Assembly: GCA_963821725.1 (NCBI GenBank)
Contig: CAWGFA010000007.1
Location: 71,914-135,913, forward strand
Reading direction: 5' to 3'
DNA length: 64,000 nucleotides
Origin: an uncultured Acidimicrobiia bacterium
Lineage (GTDB): Bacteria; Actinomycetota; Acidimicrobiia; Acidimicrobiales; JACDCH01
This document shows, one piece after another, positions 61,934 through 64,000 of the stretch. Under the pieces are notes generated by a model. The model did not search any database and had not been told where the DNA came from. It saw only the letters and a list, made by a program, of their open reading frames with translations. The position numbers and the translations under genes were made by a program. Within the stretch, counting starts at the first letter, position 1; each line of letters starts with the position of its first letter.

Positions 61934-62950
61934 GTGGAGGCTGCGTTCTTCGACCTCGACAAGACCGTCATCGCAAAGGCGTCGATGGTCGCGTTCGGAC
62001 GTCCCTTCTACCGCGAGGGACTGATCACTCGGCGGCTGTTGCTCCGCGCGTTGTACGGCCAGCTCGTGTACATGCACCTCGGTGCCGACGAAGCCAGGCT
62101 CGCTCGCATGCGCGATTCCGTGCTGGCGCTCACGAAGGGGTGGCACCAGGAGCGCGTCCGCGAGATCGTCGAGGAGACCCTTGATGCCGTGGTCGAGCCG
62201 ATCGTCTACGACGAGGCACTCGAGCTCATCCGACAACACCGCGAGGCAGGTCGGCCGGTCTACATCGTCTCCGCGTCACCCGACGAGATCGTGGCGCCGC
62301 TCGCGCGCTACCTCGGCGTCGACGGCTACCTCGCGACCCGCAGCTCGGTCGACGAGGACGGCCGATACACAGGAGCTACGGAGCTCTACTGCTACGGACC
62401 GCAGAAGGCCGTGGTCATGGTCGAATTCGCGGCGGAACGGGGTATCGACCTCGCAGCTTCCTATGCGTACAGCGACTCGGCGACGGACATACCCATGCTC
62501 GAAAGCGTCGGCCACGCGACCGCGGTCAATCCCGATCGCGAATTGCAGCGAGCGGCTCGTGAGCACGGATGGGAGATTCGGACCTTCACGCGCCCCGTGC
62601 GGCTGCGCGATCGAATGCCGACACCTCGACCGGGACCGACGACCGCGGTGGGGGGGTTGGTGGCGGCGGCGATCGGCGGCGGTGTGCTCTGGTGGTGGTT
62701 GCGGCGCGACCCCGGCGGTACCACGAAACGTACGGCCGGACGGTCTGCAGCAGTTGATGCTACGCGGCGCGCACCTTTCGGGCGGCGAAGGCAGCGAGCG
62801 CGACAAGAACGACAACGAGAAGCAGCTTCTTCATGGCGGCGGATCTTAGATCGGTCGTCACCGTCGCGCTCCGCCCCCCGATCCGGAGATCGCGGGTCGG
62901 GCACGAGCCTGCCGCGACGGGTTCGCGGTCGTCTGCCACTGCTGAGCTGA
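61934..62950 (+). CDS. HAD-IB (SerB-like) hydrolase, true stop probably near 62757
   Basis: AAFFDLDKTVIAK, IVSAS, K, YAYSDSATDIPML..VG..AVNPD. Conserved neighbour of the ssd/tad locus. Confidence 0.9.
   Translation: MEAAFFDLDKTVIAKASMVAFGRPFYREGLITRRLLLRALYGQLVYMHLGADEARLARMRDSVLALTKGWHQERVREIVEETLDAVVEPIVYDEALELIRQHREAGRPVYIVSASPDEIVAPLARYLGVDGYLATRSSVDEDGRYTGATELYCYGPQKAVVMVEFAAERGIDLAASYAYSDSATDIPMLESVGHATAVNPDRELQRAAREHGWEIRTFTRPVRLRDRMPTPRPGPTTAVGGLVAAAIGGGVLWWWLRRDPGGTTKRTAGRSAAVDATRRAPFGRRRQRARQERQREAASSWRRILDRSSPSRSAPRSGDRGSGTSLPRRVRGRLPLLS
62760..62834 (-). CDS. 24-aa hydrophobic microprotein
   Basis: MKKLLLVVVLVALAAFAARKVRAA*. Confidence 0.5.
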   Translation of the reverse strand: MKKLLLVVVLVALAAFAARKVRAA

Positions 62951-62954
62951 GCCG

Positions 62955-63587
62955 ATGATCGAGAACGCGGTCAACGCTCTCGGCGACGCGGTCGACCCAT
63001 GGGGCTACCTGCTGCTGTTCACACTGTGCCTTCTCGAAGCGTCCGCTTTCGTCGGTTTGTTCATTCCGGGCGAGACCGCGTTGCTGATCGCCGGCGTGCT
63101 CGCGCAGGAAGGAAAGCTGACGCTCGCGCTCTGCATCGTGTGCGCGGTGCTCGGCGCAATTCTCGGCGACTCGCTCGGTTACGAGATCGGACGTCACGTC
63201 GGACCTCGACTCCGCTTGACGTGGTTCGGCCGCAAGGTCGGTGAGAATCGATGGGACCGCGCGCACGAGTATGTCCATCGCCGGGGCGGGGTGGCGGTCT
63301 TCTTCGGGCGATTCATCGGCGTGCTCCGCGCGGTCGTGCCGGCCATCGCCGGCGATGCGCGCATGCCGTACGGGCAGTTCTTGCTGTGGAACGTTCTCGG
63401 CGCGATCGTCGCAGTTCCAGCTGTTCTCATCGTCGGCTACCTGGCGGGCTCGTCGTACAAGGCAGTCGAGGCGCGCCTGGGGCAGGTCTCGTATGTGTTG
63501 CTCGGTCTGGTCGTCGCTGCCTTCATCGCCCGAGTCGTCATCACCAAGCGCCGAGAACGGCAAGCGGAGCAGTCGAGGCGTCAATGA
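62955..63587 (+). CDS. DedA family membrane protein
   Basis: LEASAFVGLFIPGET, GAILGDSLGYEIGR, VFFGRFIGVLRAVVPAIAG. Confidence 0.93.
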   Translation: MIENAVNALGDAVDPWGYLLLFTLCLLEASAFVGLFIPGETALLIAGVLAQEGKLTLALCIVCAVLGAILGDSLGYEIGRHVGPRLRLTWFGRKVGENRWDRAHEYVHRRGGVAVFFGRFIGVLRAVVPAIAGDARMPYGQFLLWNVLGAIVAVPAVLIVGYLAGSSYKAVEARLGQVSYVLLGLVVAAFIARVVITKRRERQAEQSRRQ

Positions 63588-64000
63588 CGTGAGCGCCACC
63601 AACTCGACGCCCAGTTCGCCACCCGCGACCCGAGCTCCAGCAGCGCGCCGGCAACGGCGATGATTCCGATGACCGCCATGCACACGACGAGCCCGGGAAG
63701 ATGCAGTGTGAAGTACGTCCGCCTGCCCGGCGACGCCAAGACGATCACGAACAACCCGATCATCAGCGCGATCATCGCGACACGGGCGCGTGTGAGCGGT
63801 CGAGCGACGATCGTCAGCACCCAGGTCGCGACGCCGAACAGAACGAGCGTCGCCACCGTGCGGCACTCGTCGAGGCTCAGCCCCTCTTGGCGTGCCATCT
63901 CGTAGCCCGCGAACGTCGCGCCTGCAGCAACGAAACCTGCGGGAAGCGCGAAGCCGAGGACTCGAGCCAGGAAGCGCGGTTCGACGCGTTGCTCGCCCGG
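63581..64000 (-). CDS. C-terminus of cation-transporting P-type ATPase (CtpE-like), 5' part outside window
   Basis: PRFLARVLGFALPAGFVAAGATFAGY...RTVATLVLFGVATWVLTIVARP...RRTYFTL. Confidence 0.7.
   Translation of the reverse strand, partial: PGEQRVEPRFLARVLGFALPAGFVAAGATFAGYEMARQEGLSLDECRTVATLVLFGVATWVLTIVARPLTRARVAMIALMIGLFVIVLASPGRRTYFTLHLPGLVVCMAVIGIIAVAGALLELGSRVANWASSWWRSRH

Overview
High-GC actinobacterial DNA, most like Acidimicrobiia from gene style and order. Many single-base frameshifts probably come largely from sequencing or assembly. Three zones: (1) 1-21.5 kb, accessory metabolic and regulatory genes, including an aminotransferase/ALDH/RpiR/ThDP-enzyme cluster, a MalT-like LuxR regulator flanked by two CMD-family genes that share a palindromic site, and several palindromic intergenic elements. 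(2) About 21.5-42.5 kb, an island-like segment between tRNA-Thr(CGT) and a degenerate copy of its 3' half. It carries a TetR-associated divergent cluster with two P450s, two AveC/spirocyclase-like membrane proteins, an amidohydrolase, an LLM oxidoreductase, SDRs, an ALDH, orphan solute-binding proteins and a NorQ/NorD-type AAA+/vWA pair with no Nor or Rubisco client. This is the best candidate for an undescribed system. (3) 42.6-64 kb, conserved core: Fic, holB, tmk, MFS, topA, anti-/anti-anti-sigma pair, DUF1998 helicase, Flp/Tad pilus operon with a structured leader, a truncated IS3-family element, HAD hydrolase, DedA and the 3' end of a P-type ATPase. All product calls come from motif recognition by eye. 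No database searches were run.
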